This document shows positions 1-10,529 of a stretch of 64,000 bases of DNA, piece after piece. The DNA is from Spirochaetia bacterium (GTDB lineage: Bacteria > Spirochaetota > Spirochaetia > CADAEX01): positions 32,001 through 96,000 of the forward strand of contig JAZURI010000011.1 of NCBI GenBank assembly GCA_045606105.1, written 5' to 3'. The position numbers were made by a program, and so were the translations under genes. A model generated the notes under the pieces. It was given only the letters and a program-made list of their open reading frames with translations. It was not told the DNA's origin and searched no databases. Position 1 is the stretch's first letter. The number at the start of each line of letters is the position of its first letter.

Positions 1-1293
1 CTTGTCAATAATTCTCTTTGCCTTGCCCTCGAATCTGGTGATGCTCTTAGGCTCCACAAGCTTGATCTTGGCATAGATACCCAGCTTTGACTTTACAGAC
101 TGGGAGAGCTTGTTCTTGAGTTCCTCCAGCTTTCTTGTTTCGTCAAAGAAGGACTTGTCATCCATCTCGATCTGGATTTCAAGCTCATCAAGATGATTTT
201 CCCCTCTTGTGAGGATAATCAGGTAGTTAGGGGTAAGTCCCGGAATCTGGAGCAGAAGCTGTTCGATCTGTGATGGGAATACGTTTACACCCTTGATGAT
301 AAGCATGTCATCGATTCTTCCGAGAAGACGATGCATCTTTACGGTGGTTCTTCCGCAGGCACATTTTTCTCTGTAAAGATAGGTAATGTCCCTGGTTCTG
401 TATCTGATGATAGGAGTTCCCTCTTTCCTGAGTGTGGTGATTACAAGCTCACCCTTTTCTCCGTAAGGAAGGACCTCTCCTGTTTCCGGATTTATGATTT
501 CAGGATAGAAAATATCCTCGGCCACATGGAGTCCGCTCTGGCATTCACACTCTCCCGCAACACCAGGTCCTGCAATTTCTGTCAGTCCATAAATGTCGTA
601 GGCCTTGATGCCCAGCTTGTTCTCGATTTCCTTTCTTGTATTGTCGCTCCATGGTTCGGCACCGAATACACCGGCCTTGAGCTTGATATCCTTTCCGGGC
701 TGAATTCCCTTGTTCTTGAGCACCTCTGCAATGTAAAGGGCATATGACGGTGTACAGGTCAGGACAGTTGAACCGAAATCCTTAAGGTAATTGATCTGAC
801 GCTCTGTGTTTCCGGAGGAGATAGGAATAACTGTGGCTCCCACCTTCTGACCGCCGTAATGAACACCCAGACCACCTGTAAAAAGTCCGTAACCGTATGC
901 ATCCTGGATAATGTCGTCTGCGCCGATTCCACCTGAAGCAAGAACACGGGCAACACCCTCTCCCCAGTCGCTGACATCATTTGCGGTATAAGCATCTACT
1001 ACAGGAATACCTGTAGTACCCGACGACGCGTGAACTTCAACTATATCCTTCATAGGACAGGCAAGGAGACCGAATGGATAGGTTTCCCTGAGATCGCTCT
1101 TGCTTGTGAACGGAAGATGTCTGATATCATCCAAGGATCTGATGTCTTCGGGCTTGATTCCCTTCTCATCAAATCTCTCCTTGTAGAAAGGGACATTTTC
1201 GTAAACTTTCTTTACAAGCTTTCTGAGATCTTCAAGCTGAATTCTCTGTCGTTCTTCCAGCTGCATTGTTTCTGCAACTTTGTTAAAAATCAT
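1..1293 (-). CDS. paaK: Phenylacetate--CoA ligase family protein (3' end runs off the window)
   Basis: Not in the ORF track; read manually from ATG at 1293 (SD AAGGAG): [37 protein letters not shown]...[12 protein letters not shown]...[15 protein letters not shown]...[21 protein letters not shown]...[12 protein letters not shown], typical PaaK motifs. Confidence 0.9.
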   Translation of the reverse strand, partial: MIFNKVAETMQLEERQRIQLEDLRKLVKKVYENVPFYKERFDEKGIKPEDIRSLDDIRHLPFTSKSDLRETYPFGLLACPMKDIVEVHASSGTTGIPVVDAYTANDVSDWGEGVARVLASGGIGADDIIQDAYGYGLFTGGLGVHYGGQKVGATVIPISSGNTERQINYLKDFGSTVLTCTPSYALYIAEVLKNKGIQPGKDIKLKAGVFGAEPWSDNTRKEIENKLGIKAYDIYGLTEIAGPGVAGECECQSGLHVAEDIFYPEIINPETGEVLPYGEKGELVITTLRKEGTPIIRYRTRDITYLYREKCACGRTTVKMHRLLGRIDDMLIIKGVNVFPSQIEQLLLQIPGLTPNYLIILTRGENHLDELEIQIEMDDKSFFDETRKLEELKNKLSQSVKSKLGIYAKIKLVEPKSITRFEGKAKRIIDK

Positions 1294-1387
1294 TTATTAC
1301 TCCTTAATTGACAAAAATTCTATAACTTTTTCCCGTTTTATAAAAGATATATTAGCAATATTTTTATATGTATGATATATTCAGGTT

Positions 1388-2164
1388 ATGGTGGCATTCA
1401 ACAAGAGAAATATTATAGTCGTATTCTCGAATTTTCTGTCGGTGGCTTTCCTGATCTGCTTCATCTGGCTGCTTTTCATCCTCTCCAAGGACCTGCCGGA
1501 AACATTCCTGGAGCTGCTTATCGCCCCGAATGTCATGATACCCATCATCTCACTGATTTTTTCGGTTCTTTCGGTCTATTTCATCAGAAAGTTTTTTCTG
1601 AAGCATACCAGGGCGGAGATATTCTTTTTCCTGCTTTTCCTGCTTACCATAAATTTTGATGCGATAAGGTCGGTGGTGTTTCTTTTTGAACAGCTGGGGA
1701 AGCCGGAGGGATATACGATACTTCTTTCCAGAGTAGCCTATTTCGGGAAGATACTGGGAATTTTCTCGCTGCTCTCATTTGCACTCATGTCCAACGACAG
1801 CGAGTACAAGCCCTTTACCGCCCTCTGCAGCCTGACTGTGATATTGTCCCTGTTCATGGCATACATGCTTCCGTTTGCACCGGAAAAAGGGCAGAACGCA
1901 CTGTTTCTTCCGGGACAGGCCGCCTTTGTCAATACCATGATCTTCATCATGATAATAACCTTTGTTCTCCTGGTTTCGGTTTTTGTACAGAACAGGAACT
2001 TTGAGTATCTGAACATGGCTGTAAGCACAGTCTTCATGTTCGTGGGATCATCGGTGCTTTTCTTTACCGCCTCTTTCCTACCGGCACTTCTCGGACTGAT
2101 TCTGCTTACAACCGGCACGGTATTCATTTCATACCGTATCCACAAGCTTTACCTGTGGGACTGA
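1388..2164 (+). CDS. Hypothetical polytopic membrane protein
   Basis: 258-aa ORF with about 7-8 hydrophobic segments; fills the gap between paaK and ribH. Confidence 0.75.
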   Translation: MVAFNKRNIIVVFSNFLSVAFLICFIWLLFILSKDLPETFLELLIAPNVMIPIISLIFSVLSVYFIRKFFLKHTRAEIFFFLLFLLTINFDAIRSVVFLFEQLGKPEGYTILLSRVAYFGKILGIFSLLSFALMSNDSEYKPFTALCSLTVILSLFMAYMLPFAPEKGQNALFLPGQAAFVNTMIFIMIITFVLLVSVFVQNRNFEYLNMAVSTVFMFVGSSVLFFTASFLPALLGLILLTTGTVFISYRIHKLYLWD

Positions 2165-2632
2165 TTATTTCTTTATTTCCCTGATAAGGTTTACCATTTC
2201 AATGGCACTTACGGCACAGTCATAGCCTTTGTTTCCGGCCTTTGTTCCTGCCCTTTCGATAGCCTGCTCGATGGTATCGGTTGTAAGTACACCGAACATT
2301 ACAGGAATACCGCTGGAAAGGCTTACGGAAGCAATTCCCTTGGAAACCTCGCTGCATACATAGCCATAATGGTCTGTGCTTCCCCTGATTACCGCACCGA
2401 GACAGATAATGGCATCATATTTTCCGCTGGATGCCATCTGGGATGCAATGAGAGGGATTTCAAATGCACCCGGTACCCATGCAACCGTGATTTCATCATC
2501 TGTAACATCGTGGCGGAGAAGTCCGTCCATTGCCCCTGCAAGAAGCTTGGATGTGATGAATTCATTGAAACGGGAAGCAATGATTCCCACCTTTATTCCC
2601 TTTGATACTAAATTTCCTTCAAGAGTCTTCAT
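2165..2632 (-). CDS. ribH: 6,7-dimethyl-8-ribityllumazine synthase
   Basis: Motifs [47 protein letters not shown]. Confidence 0.97.
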   Translation of the reverse strand: MKTLEGNLVSKGIKVGIIASRFNEFITSKLLAGAMDGLLRHDVTDDEITVAWVPGAFEIPLIASQMASSGKYDAIICLGAVIRGSTDHYGYVCSEVSKGIASVSLSSGIPVMFGVLTTDTIEQAIERAGTKAGNKGYDCAVSAIEMVNLIREIKK

Positions 2633-2649
2633 GATATATTTCTCCTTTT

Positions 2650-3849
2650 TTAATATTCAAGAATATGTCCCATTTTTTTCTGCTTTGTCTGAAGATAAAA
2701 CAGGTCGTGGGATGTGGCATCCATCTGTATAGGAACCCTTTTCTTTATTTCCATTCCGAATTCGGAAAGCTGATATACCTTGTCAGGATTGTTTGTAAGA
2801 AGATTCATGGTTTTCACCCCCAGGTCCCTGAGAATCTGGGCACCGATGTAATATTCCCGTTCATCCCCAGCAAAACCCAGTGCAATGTTTGCATCCATGG
2901 TATCCATTCCCTGCTCCTGAAGCTCATAGGCGCGGAGCTTGTTGATAAGACCGATTCCTCTTCCCTCCTGGCGCATGTAGAGAAGAACTCCTCTTCCCGC
3001 CTTCTCAATCTGCTCCATGGCTGAAGCAAGCTGCTGTCCGCAGTCGCAGCGGAGTGAACCGAAGGCATCGCCGGTAAGACATTCGGAATGAACACGGCAC
3101 AGTACATCCTGTCCGTCCCCCAGGTCTCCCTTTACCAGAGCCACATGATGCTCTCCGTTGAGGCTGTTCACATATCCGTAGGCAACAAAATCACCGTATC
3201 TGGTAGGCATTTTTGTTACAGCCACCCTTTCTATGAATTTTTCATGACATTTTCTGTAATTGATAAGGTCATGGATGGTGATGAACTTGATGTTCCATTT
3301 TTCGGCCAGCTGCATAAGCTCCGTGGTTCTCATCATGGTTCCGTCATCCCTCATGATCTCACAGCAGAGTCCGCACTCCTTAAGTCCGGCAAGACGGCAG
3401 AGATCCACTGTGGCCTCTGTATGGCCGGTTCTCTCAAGAACTCCGTTTTTCTTTGCCAGCAGCGGAAACATATGTCCCGGTCTTCTGAAATCCTCCGGCT
3501 TTGAATCCTCATCCACGCTCCTGATGGCAGTAACAGATCTTTCCGCTGCCGAAATACCGGTGGAGGTGGAGGCATGATCTATGGAAACAGTAAAGGCTGT
3601 TTCATGGTTGTCGGTATTCTGAGACACCATCTGGGGAAGATCAAGCTGCTTTATATATTTTTCAGCCATAGGCATACAGATAAGCCCCTTTCCGTAGGTA
3701 GCCATGAAGTTTACGTTTTCTGTGGTGGCAAACTGGGCCGCACAGATAAAATCCCCTTCATTTTCCCTGTTGGGGTCGTCTACAGCCAGGATAATCTTAC
3801 CCTGCCTGAGATCTTCCAATGCCTCTTCAATGGTATTGAACTTGTTCAT
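2650..3849 (-). CDS. ribBA: Bifunctional DHBP synthase / GTP cyclohydrolase II
   Basis: [24 protein letters not shown]; [35 protein letters not shown]. Confidence 0.97.
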   Translation of the reverse strand: MNKFNTIEEALEDLRQGKIILAVDDPNRENEGDFICAAQFATTENVNFMATYGKGLICMPMAEKYIKQLDLPQMVSQNTDNHETAFTVSIDHASTSTGISAAERSVTAIRSVDEDSKPEDFRRPGHMFPLLAKKNGVLERTGHTEATVDLCRLAGLKECGLCCEIMRDDGTMMRTTELMQLAEKWNIKFITIHDLINYRKCHEKFIERVAVTKMPTRYGDFVAYGYVNSLNGEHHVALVKGDLGDGQDVLCRVHSECLTGDAFGSLRCDCGQQLASAMEQIEKAGRGVLLYMRQEGRGIGLINKLRAYELQEQGMDTMDANIALGFAGDEREYYIGAQILRDLGVKTMNLLTNNPDKVYQLSEFGMEIKKRVPIQMDATSHDLFYLQTKQKKMGHILEY

Positions 3850-3859
3850 TCTATTCTCC

Positions 3860-4510
3860 TTAAAATCCGTACCTTGTCAGGAATTCCCGGGTTATCCCTC
3901 CGTTGCCGGAGCTCTTTTCACCGCTTCCCTTCACAAAGCGTTCTATATATTTTCCGATAATGTCATTTTCAAGGTTAACCGGGTCCCCGACCCTGCATTC
4001 ATGAAGAATGGTTACCTCATTTGTATGGGGAATGGTGGAAACGGAAAAGCTGTCGGGTCCCACTCCGGCAACCGTAAGGCTGATACCGCTGATGGCTACC
4101 GAGCCTTTTTCCACTATGTATTTCATTATTTCCGGCGGCGCCTGGATAGTATACCAGATGGCAATTCCATCCCTGCGGATACCGGTGATTGTTCCCGTAC
4201 CGTCTATGTGACCGCTTACTATATGCCCTCCGAAACGGCCGTCGGCAGCCATGGCTCTTTCCAGGTTTACCCTGCTTCCGGCCCTGAGAACCGAAAAAGA
4301 GGAGCGTCTTATGGTTTCATGCATTACATCCACGGTAAACCAGGTGCTTCCGAAATCGGTTACGGTAAGACAGATTCCGTTTACTGCGATACTGTCCCCC
4401 TTTTTCACATCCTCAAGCACCTTGGAGGCCCTTATCCTGAGTACTGCAGAATCGCCGCCTCCGGAGATTCTTTCCACAGTTCCTATTTCCTCGACTATTC
4501 CGGTAAACAT
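3860..4510 (-). CDS. ribE: Riboflavin synthase (alpha chain)
   Basis: N-terminal [32 protein letters not shown]. Confidence 0.96.
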   Translation of the reverse strand: MFTGIVEEIGTVERISGGGDSAVLRIRASKVLEDVKKGDSIAVNGICLTVTDFGSTWFTVDVMHETIRRSSFSVLRAGSRVNLERAMAADGRFGGHIVSGHIDGTGTITGIRRDGIAIWYTIQAPPEIMKYIVEKGSVAISGISLTVAGVGPDSFSVSTIPHTNEVTILHECRVGDPVNLENDIIGKYIERFVKGSGEKSSGNGGITREFLTRYGF

Positions 4511-5598
4511 TATGCTTCAACCTCACTTTCAATCAGAATATCGGAGCCTATCATGGTGATACTGCTGTTCCTGAGCCTGAGACAGCTTTCAGGATCTTCA
4601 AAACCAAGCCCCTCCACAGGACTCTTTGCTCCCGCACCGCCCAGAAGCTTAGGTGCCACATAGGCCTGAACCTTCTGTACCGCCCCTGCCTTTACTGCAG
4701 ACCAGCCCAGAGTTCCGCCCCCCTCAAGAAGAACGGAGGTTATTTTCTCTTTACCGAGTTTTTTCATCAAATCCCGGATATCAACATGTCCATCCAGACA
4801 CTCAACAGGAAGAATCCTGCATCCCTTTTCTATATACGGAGCCTGCTTTTCAGGGTCGCTGCAGCAGGTAGCTATGATAAGGGGAATTTCTCCCGCTGTC
4901 CTGACCAGATTTGATTCAAGAGGTGTCCTGAGTCCGGTATCGCAGATTATCCTGATAGGATTCCTGCCCCCTTCCACACGGCAGTTAAGCATGGGATCAT
5001 CAGCCAGAACAGTTCCCAGCCCCACCATGATGGCGTGATTTCTGCTTCTCATCTTGTGGACATGCTCCCTGGCTTCCGGTCCGGTAATCCATTTTGATTT
5101 TCCTGTATAGGCTGCAATCTTTCCGTCCATGGTCATGGCATATTTCAAGGTAACAAAAGGGGTTCCGGTTTTAATGAAATGAAAGAATGCCTCATTGAGC
5201 CTGCAGCACTCCTCCTCCAGGACTCCTGTAATTACCTCGATTCCGTGATTCCTGAGTATATCGATTCCACGGCCGCATACCACAGGATTAGGATCTCCTG
5301 CCCCCATGAAGACACGGCGTATACCGGCCTCAATCAATGCATCGGTGCAGGGTGGCTGCTTTCCGTAGTGACAGCAGGGCTCCAGGGTTACATAAATGTC
5401 AGCACCGGCCGGATTTTCGGTACATGCGGCCAGAGCATCCCTTTCGGCATGGAATTCTCCGCATTTACGGTGATACCCTTCCCCTATTATCCTGCCGTCC
5501 TTTACAATGACAGCACCTACCATAGGATTTGGACAGGTTCTTCCGGCCCCTTTTTCAGCCAGCTGAAGTGCCAGTCTCATAAATGCTTCATTGTTCAA
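4510..5598 (-). CDS. ribD: Riboflavin biosynthesis deaminase/reductase
   Basis: PNPMVGAV, HAE, TLEPCCH..PPC, VLLEGGG; start set at TTG 5598 downstream of GGAGG (the track's 5685 start runs into the riboswitch platform). Confidence 0.95.
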   Translation of the reverse strand: MNNEAFMRLALQLAEKGAGRTCPNPMVGAVIVKDGRIIGEGYHRKCGEFHAERDALAACTENPAGADIYVTLEPCCHYGKQPPCTDALIEAGIRRVFMGAGDPNPVVCGRGIDILRNHGIEVITGVLEEECCRLNEAFFHFIKTGTPFVTLKYAMTMDGKIAAYTGKSKWITGPEAREHVHKMRSRNHAIMVGLGTVLADDPMLNCRVEGGRNPIRIICDTGLRTPLESNLVRTAGEIPLIIATCCSDPEKQAPYIEKGCRILPVECLDGHVDIRDLMKKLGKEKITSVLLEGGGTLGWSAVKAGAVQKVQAYVAPKLLGGAGAKSPVEGLGFEDPESCLRLRNSSITMIGSDILIESEVEA

Positions 5599-5610
5599 TA
5601 CGGTACCTCC

Positions 5611-5642
5611 AAAAAATAACCCCGGACAAGGTAAGTCCGGGG
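5611..5642 (-). terminator. Intrinsic terminator, expression platform of the FMN riboswitch
   Basis: Minus strand CCCCGGAC-TTACCTT-GTCCGGGG followed by TTATTTTTT, then the ribD SD GGAGG. Confidence 0.8.
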
Positions 5643-5685
5643 CAAAAAAAAGGAATATCAAACAGATATTCCAGAGCATACACAA

Positions 5686-5800
5686 CTTCTTCTACCATCC
5701 AGACTGTACTGTCGGTTCCGGAATTTCACCGAATCATGCGCAATTTCACGCTCGCGGACTTTACCGCCGGTCGGGAATCTAACCCTGCCCTGAAGACTCA
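5686..5800 (-). ncRNA. FMN riboswitch (RFN element)
   Basis: Minus strand TCTTCAGGGCAGGGTTAGATTCCCGACCGGCGGTAAAGTCCGCGAG...GATTCGGTGAAATTCCGGAACCGACAGTACAGTCTGGATGGTAGAAG matches the RFN consensus; lies upstream of the rib operon. Confidence 0.96.
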
Positions 5801-5812
5801 ACTGTTAAAAAA

Positions 5813-5841
5813 AATATATGCTTACTTTATCATAATGTCAA
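5813..5841 (-). promoter_or_regulatory. Sigma70-type promoter of the riboswitch/rib operon
   Basis: TTGACA (5841-5836), 17 nt, TATATT (5818-5813). Confidence 0.75.
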
Positions 5842-5857
5842 TAACCCGGACAAAGAT

Positions 5858-5885
5858 AAAAAAAGGCATCCCTTCCGGGATGCCT
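5858..5885 (-). terminator. Intrinsic terminator after hppA
   Basis: Minus strand AGGCATCCC-GGAA-GGGATGCCT followed by a T-tract. Confidence 0.85.
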
Positions 5886-5906
5886 CTATATCTTTAAATA
5901 ACTCTC

Positions 5907-7913
5907 TTATTTAAGAAGACCGCCGATTGAAACAAACAGTGGAGCAAATACAACAGCAATGATTGTCATAAGCTTGATAAGGATGTTGATTGATGGTCCG
6001 GATGTATCCTTGAACGGGTCACCTACTGTATCACCAACAACTGCTGACTTATGAGTTTCTGAACCTTTACCGCCGTAAACGCCGCTTTCAATATATTTCT
6101 TTGCATTGTCCCATGCACCGCCGGCATTTGACATCATGATAGCAAGAAGAACACCTGCAGCAAGAGATCCGGCCAGCATACCGCCGAGAGCAGCAGGTCC
6201 GAGAATGATACCTACAGCAAGAGGAGCAACGATTGCCATAACACCAGGCATAACCATTTCCTTGAGAGCAGCACCTGTGGAGATGTCTACACATCTTGCA
6301 TAGTCAGGCTTTGTCTTTCCTTCCATGATTCCCTTTGTCTCTCTGAACTGGCGTCTTACTTCCTCAATCATCTGGTTTGCAGCTCTACCAACAGAGTTCA
6401 TTGTCATTGCAGAGAAAAGGAACGGAAGCATTGCACCGATGAAGAGACCGATGATAACAACCGGCTCAAGGAGTGAAATTGCATCCAGCTTTGTAACTGC
6501 TGCATATGAAGCGAAAAGTGCAAGAGCTGTAAGGGCAGCTGAACCGATTGCAAAACCTTTTCCGATAGCTGCTGTTGTGTTACCTACAGAGTCAAGTGTG
6601 TCTGTAATCTTTCTTACGCCAGGATCAAGCTCTGACATTTCTGCGATACCGCCGGCATTGTCGGAAACAGGACCGTAAGCATCAACAGCTACTGTCATAC
6701 CTGTTGTTGAAAGCATACCTACAGCTGAAAGAGCGATTCCGTACATACCGCCGAAGTAGTATGCCACGAATACACCGATACTGATAAGGATGATAGGCCA
6801 CATTGTTGACATCATACCAACTCCGAGACCTGAGATGATTGTTGTAGCAGCACCTGTCTGTGACTGTTCCGCAATCTTCTTTACAGATGCGTAATCTGCA
6901 GATGTATACACCTCTGTGATCTTTCCGATTGAGATACCAACCAGGAGACCTGCGATGATTGACCATGCGTAGTTGAATGTTCCCAGCATGCTGTTTGAAA
7001 GGATAACTGCTGTAACGATAACGATGATACCGCTGATATATGTTCCCATGTTGAGAGCGCTTGCAGGATTCTTTCCTTCCTTGCCCTTAACGCAGAGAAT
7101 ACCGATTACTGATGCGATGATTCCCACTGCTGAAATGATGAGAGGGAAAGATGCGTATGTTTCGGCAGCAAGCGGGCTGTTTGCAGCTGCTACTGCAGAA
7201 AGTGTAATAACGGAAATGATGGAACCTACATAGGATTCGAAAAGGTCAGAACCCATACCGGCAACGTCACCTACGTTGTCACCTACGTTGTCTGCGATTA
7301 CTGCAGGGTTACGAGGGTCATCCTCAGGAATTCCTGCCTCTACCTTACCTACAAGGTCAGCACCTACGTCTGCAGCCTTTGTATAGATACCACCGCCTAC
7401 ACGGCCGAAGAGAGCCATTGATGATGCTCCGAAACCGAATCCTGTAACACACTGTGTAACTGTTGCAAGATCGATGGCAACAAGAATAATACCGATTCCG
7501 AGAAGTCCGAGACCTGAAACACAGAGACCCATAACAGCTCCTGATCTGAAAGCAACCTTGAGGGCCTTGTTCATACCGGAATCCTTGGCAGCTGCGGCTG
7601 TTCTTACGTTACCCTTTGTAGCAACGTTCATTCCGAAGAAACCTGCAAGAACGGAGAGAAGAGCACCGAAAAGATAAAGGGCTGCTGTGAGCCAGTCCAA
7701 TGCGGCACCGATAAGAATGAAGAGAACGGCAATAACAATGGCCATTGACTTATATTCTCTCTTAAGGAACGCAAATGCTCCTTCCCTGATGAATCCGGCG
7801 ATTTCCTTCATACGATCTGTGCCGGCATCTGTTGAGCCGATCCACTTTGCAAGGACAAGAGCCACGCAAAGACCGACTGCTGCAGCAATAACGGCAAAAA
7901 GTGCGAGTGTCAT
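5907..7913 (-). CDS. hppA: Membrane-bound ion-translocating pyrophosphatase, K+-dependent, likely Na+-pumping
   Basis: [38 protein letters not shown]; GNTTAA (Ala variant = K+-dependent); DLFESY glutamate typical of Na+-PPases. Confidence 0.95.
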   Translation of the reverse strand: MTLALFAVIAAAVGLCVALVLAKWIGSTDAGTDRMKEIAGFIREGAFAFLKREYKSMAIVIAVLFILIGAALDWLTAALYLFGALLSVLAGFFGMNVATKGNVRTAAAAKDSGMNKALKVAFRSGAVMGLCVSGLGLLGIGIILVAIDLATVTQCVTGFGFGASSMALFGRVGGGIYTKAADVGADLVGKVEAGIPEDDPRNPAVIADNVGDNVGDVAGMGSDLFESYVGSIISVITLSAVAAANSPLAAETYASFPLIISAVGIIASVIGILCVKGKEGKNPASALNMGTYISGIIVIVTAVILSNSMLGTFNYAWSIIAGLLVGISIGKITEVYTSADYASVKKIAEQSQTGAATTIISGLGVGMMSTMWPIILISIGVFVAYYFGGMYGIALSAVGMLSTTGMTVAVDAYGPVSDNAGGIAEMSELDPGVRKITDTLDSVGNTTAAIGKGFAIGSAALTALALFASYAAVTKLDAISLLEPVVIIGLFIGAMLPFLFSAMTMNSVGRAANQMIEEVRRQFRETKGIMEGKTKPDYARCVDISTGAALKEMVMPGVMAIVAPLAVGIILGPAALGGMLAGSLAAGVLLAIMMSNAGGAWDNAKKYIESGVYGGKGSETHKSAVVGDTVGDPFKDTSGPSINILIKLMTIIAVVFAPLFVSIGGLLK

Positions 7914-7988
7914 TTTAATACCTCCAATGAACTATCGTCGTACATTACCATTTTTAATAAAGAATATCAATAATATGAGAAAAAAAAC

Positions 7989-8672
7989 TTATTCGGCAGA
8001 AGAATATTCGGCCACTTTCTGCTGGATGCGCTCCATCCTGGAATCAAGCTCGGCCCCTGTGACGGCACATTCATAGAGCTCGTCAAAAATCTGATGGGCA
8101 ACCTCGTCGGGAATGTTCTTCTTGTAGCGGATCTTGTGCTCAAGACTGGCCCACCACTCCATGGAAATGGTCCTGAACTGAACCTCAACCTTCATGGGCT
8201 TCTTGTATTCCTGGAGAAAGATAGGGATTTCCACTATCAGGTGAAGACTCCGGTATCCGTTGGGCTTAGGCTTCTCGATATAGTCCTTCTTCTCGATAAG
8301 CTTGATGTCATCGTGCTTCAGAAGGGCTTCGGAAAGCATATAGATATCGGAAGGATGGGAGCAGATTACCCTTACTCCGGCAATATCGAAGATATTTTTT
8401 TCTATACTCTCCGTGCTCATGGGAAGATTCCTGCGGGTAAGCTTGTCAAAAAGGCTTTCCGGGGATTTGAGACGGGATTTTATGGATTCAATGGGATTTC
8501 TGTCATATTGAAGAGAAAGCTCTTCATTCATCACGCGGAATTTTGTTTCCACCTCCATCATAGCACATCTGTAATAAGCCATCAGCTCCTTGTACGGAAG
8601 AGTATTCTTGCTCATCCACTGCTTGATGACATTCTTTGGCATAATGGATAAAAGTACATCTTTTAGAGCCAT
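7989..8672 (-). CDS. Small alarmone synthetase (RelP/RelQ-like GTP pyrophosphokinase)
   Basis: SRLKSPESL, DIAGVRVIC, KDYIEKPKPNGYRSLHL, EVQFRTISMEWWASLEHKIRYK; synthetase domain only. Confidence 0.92.
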   Translation of the reverse strand: MALKDVLLSIMPKNVIKQWMSKNTLPYKELMAYYRCAMMEVETKFRVMNEELSLQYDRNPIESIKSRLKSPESLFDKLTRRNLPMSTESIEKNIFDIAGVRVICSHPSDIYMLSEALLKHDDIKLIEKKDYIEKPKPNGYRSLHLIVEIPIFLQEYKKPMKVEVQFRTISMEWWASLEHKIRYKKNIPDEVAHQIFDELYECAVTGAELDSRMERIQQKVAEYSSAE

Positions 8673-8734
8673 ACTTTATTTTACAACACAAAAACGGAAT
8701 TGACAACCTTCAATTTGTAAAATAGAGTTTAACT

Positions 8735-9160
8735 ATGAAATTCAGGATAATATTAATTATATCGTTACTGCTTCTTGCGTCAGGATGCAAAGGGAAAAAC
8801 AGCTATGAAACAGTGACCCTGCGGATAAACCAGTGGGAAATATCGGCCGAAATCGCCGACACCCTTGAAAAACAGCAGCTGGGACTCATGCACAGGAAAA
8901 CCCTTCCCGAAAACAGCGGAATGATTTTTGTCTACAGCCATGACAGCAGGAAATCCTTCTGGATGAAGAACACCTCCATCCCCCTTTCCATTGCCTACAT
9001 AGCAAAGGACGGCACCATCAAGGAAATCTATGATATGGAGCCCTTTTCAAAAAGAACCACGGATTCTAAATTTTCGGTGAGATATGCCCTGGAGGTAAAC
9101 AAGGGAGCATTTGAAAAGCACGGGATCAAGCCGGGAGACAAGGTGGAATTTCTCCCCTGA
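8735..9160 (+). CDS. DUF192 family lipoprotein
   Basis: Lipobox LASGC; EIADT..QLGLMHR, GMIFVY, FWMKNTSIPLSIAYI, YALEVNKG. Confidence 0.9.
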   Translation: MKFRIILIISLLLLASGCKGKNSYETVTLRINQWEISAEIADTLEKQQLGLMHRKTLPENSGMIFVYSHDSRKSFWMKNTSIPLSIAYIAKDGTIKEIYDMEPFSKRTTDSKFSVRYALEVNKGAFEKHGIKPGDKVEFLP

Positions 9161-9162
9161 AG

Positions 9163-9393
9163 CTACTCCTCAAGCTCGGGAAAAAGCTCAAGAACCGGTT
9201 TTTCCTCCGGTGTATCAGGCCTGTTCCTGAGGATTTCAATCTTTCTTTCAACCCTGGCCAGCTCCTTTTCCAGTGCAGAAGCAAGCTTTATCCCTTCCTC
9301 GAAATATTTCATGGCAGTTTCCAGAGGGAGATTTCCATCCTTCATTTTTTCATTGAGCACTTCCAGTCTTTCTATCTTTTCTTCAAAACTCAT
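9163..9393 (-). CDS. xseB: Exodeoxyribonuclease VII small subunit
   Basis: SFEEKIERLE..LPLETAMKYFEEGIKL; overlaps the xseA stop. Confidence 0.92.
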   Translation of the reverse strand: MSFEEKIERLEVLNEKMKDGNLPLETAMKYFEEGIKLASALEKELARVERKIEILRNRPDTPEEKPVLELFPELEE

Positions 9394-10529
9394 AAATTTC
9401 CCCCTTTGACGATTGCTTCGGTTACTCCGTCGGCAAAATGGATGACAAGCTCGTCACCGGCAGCGGAGAGAGCCGAGGATACGGCCTGCTTCCCTTTGGT
9501 CCTGTTGTAAACTGCGGCATACCCCTTCTTCAGTATGGCTTCCGGAGAGGAGGCCCTGAATTCACCGGACAGAAGCTGAAAACGGTGCTTTCTGGCAGTT
9601 ACTACATCCTTTACGGTACGGAGATTGTCCTCCCTGGCATTATCCAGTCTCATGGCACAGTTATCAAAGATCCTGGTAAAATTCCTTTCAAGCTCGGCCC
9701 CGGCGGTGCGGATCCTTTCAAGAAGGCTGCCCGTTTCCCGGGAGACTATTTCCGCCGCTGCCGACGGGGTCGGGGCCCTGAGGTCGGCTGCAAAATCGCT
9801 GAGAACCACATCTATCTCATGCCCTACCGCAGATATCACCGGAATTTCCGATGCAGCCACCGCCCGTACCACCTCCTCGTCCGAAAAAGGGAGAAGATCC
9901 TCGGGAGCCCCTCCCCCTCTTGTAACAAGAAGGACATCGCACAGACGGAACATGTTGGCTCTCCTTATCTGGGATGCAATGAGGGCTGCCGCCTCATCCC
10001 CCTGTACGGGAGCGGGCAGGACCACGATATCTATCGTATTGTTCCTTCTCTTGAGAACCCTGAATATATCCTTGATGGCAGCTCCCGAGGGAGATGTCAC
10101 CAGTCCGATTTTCTTAGGATAGGGAGGAATGGCCTTCTTACGGGCAGAATCAAAGAGTCCCTCTGCCGCCAGCCGCTGCTTTCTTTTTTCCAGTTCTGCA
10201 AGGATATCCCCCTCACCCGATTTTTCAACCCGGCTGCAGACTATCTGATACGAGCCTGACCTGGCATAGACATTGACATTTCCGGTAACCTTTACAAGAT
10301 CCCCGTCCCTGGGAATATAGCCGATGCTGCCGAGTGAACGGTTGAAGATAACCCCTGAAATGGAGGCTGAACTGTCCTTGAGTGTAAAATAGTAGTGGCC
10401 GGTGCTGGAAATCTTGAAGTTGGAGATCTCTCCTTCAATGCTTACCGCAAAGAATTCCCCCTCCAGAAGTTCCTTTATGAGAGCGGTGATCTCCGAAACC
10501 TTGTAGCTTCTCCCCTTTACCGGAGTCAT
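9390..10529 (-). CDS. xseA: Exodeoxyribonuclease VII large subunit
   Basis: GEISNF..GHYYFTLKD, VTSPSGAA, RGGG, SAVGHEID, RAPTPSAAAE. Confidence 0.95.
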   Translation of the reverse strand: MTPVKGRSYKVSEITALIKELLEGEFFAVSIEGEISNFKISSTGHYYFTLKDSSASISGVIFNRSLGSIGYIPRDGDLVKVTGNVNVYARSGSYQIVCSRVEKSGEGDILAELEKRKQRLAAEGLFDSARKKAIPPYPKKIGLVTSPSGAAIKDIFRVLKRRNNTIDIVVLPAPVQGDEAAALIASQIRRANMFRLCDVLLVTRGGGAPEDLLPFSDEEVVRAVAASEIPVISAVGHEIDVVLSDFAADLRAPTPSAAAEIVSRETGSLLERIRTAGAELERNFTRIFDNCAMRLDNAREDNLRTVKDVVTARKHRFQLLSGEFRASSPEAILKKGYAAVYNRTKGKQAVSSALSAAGDELVIHFADGVTEAIVKGGNL

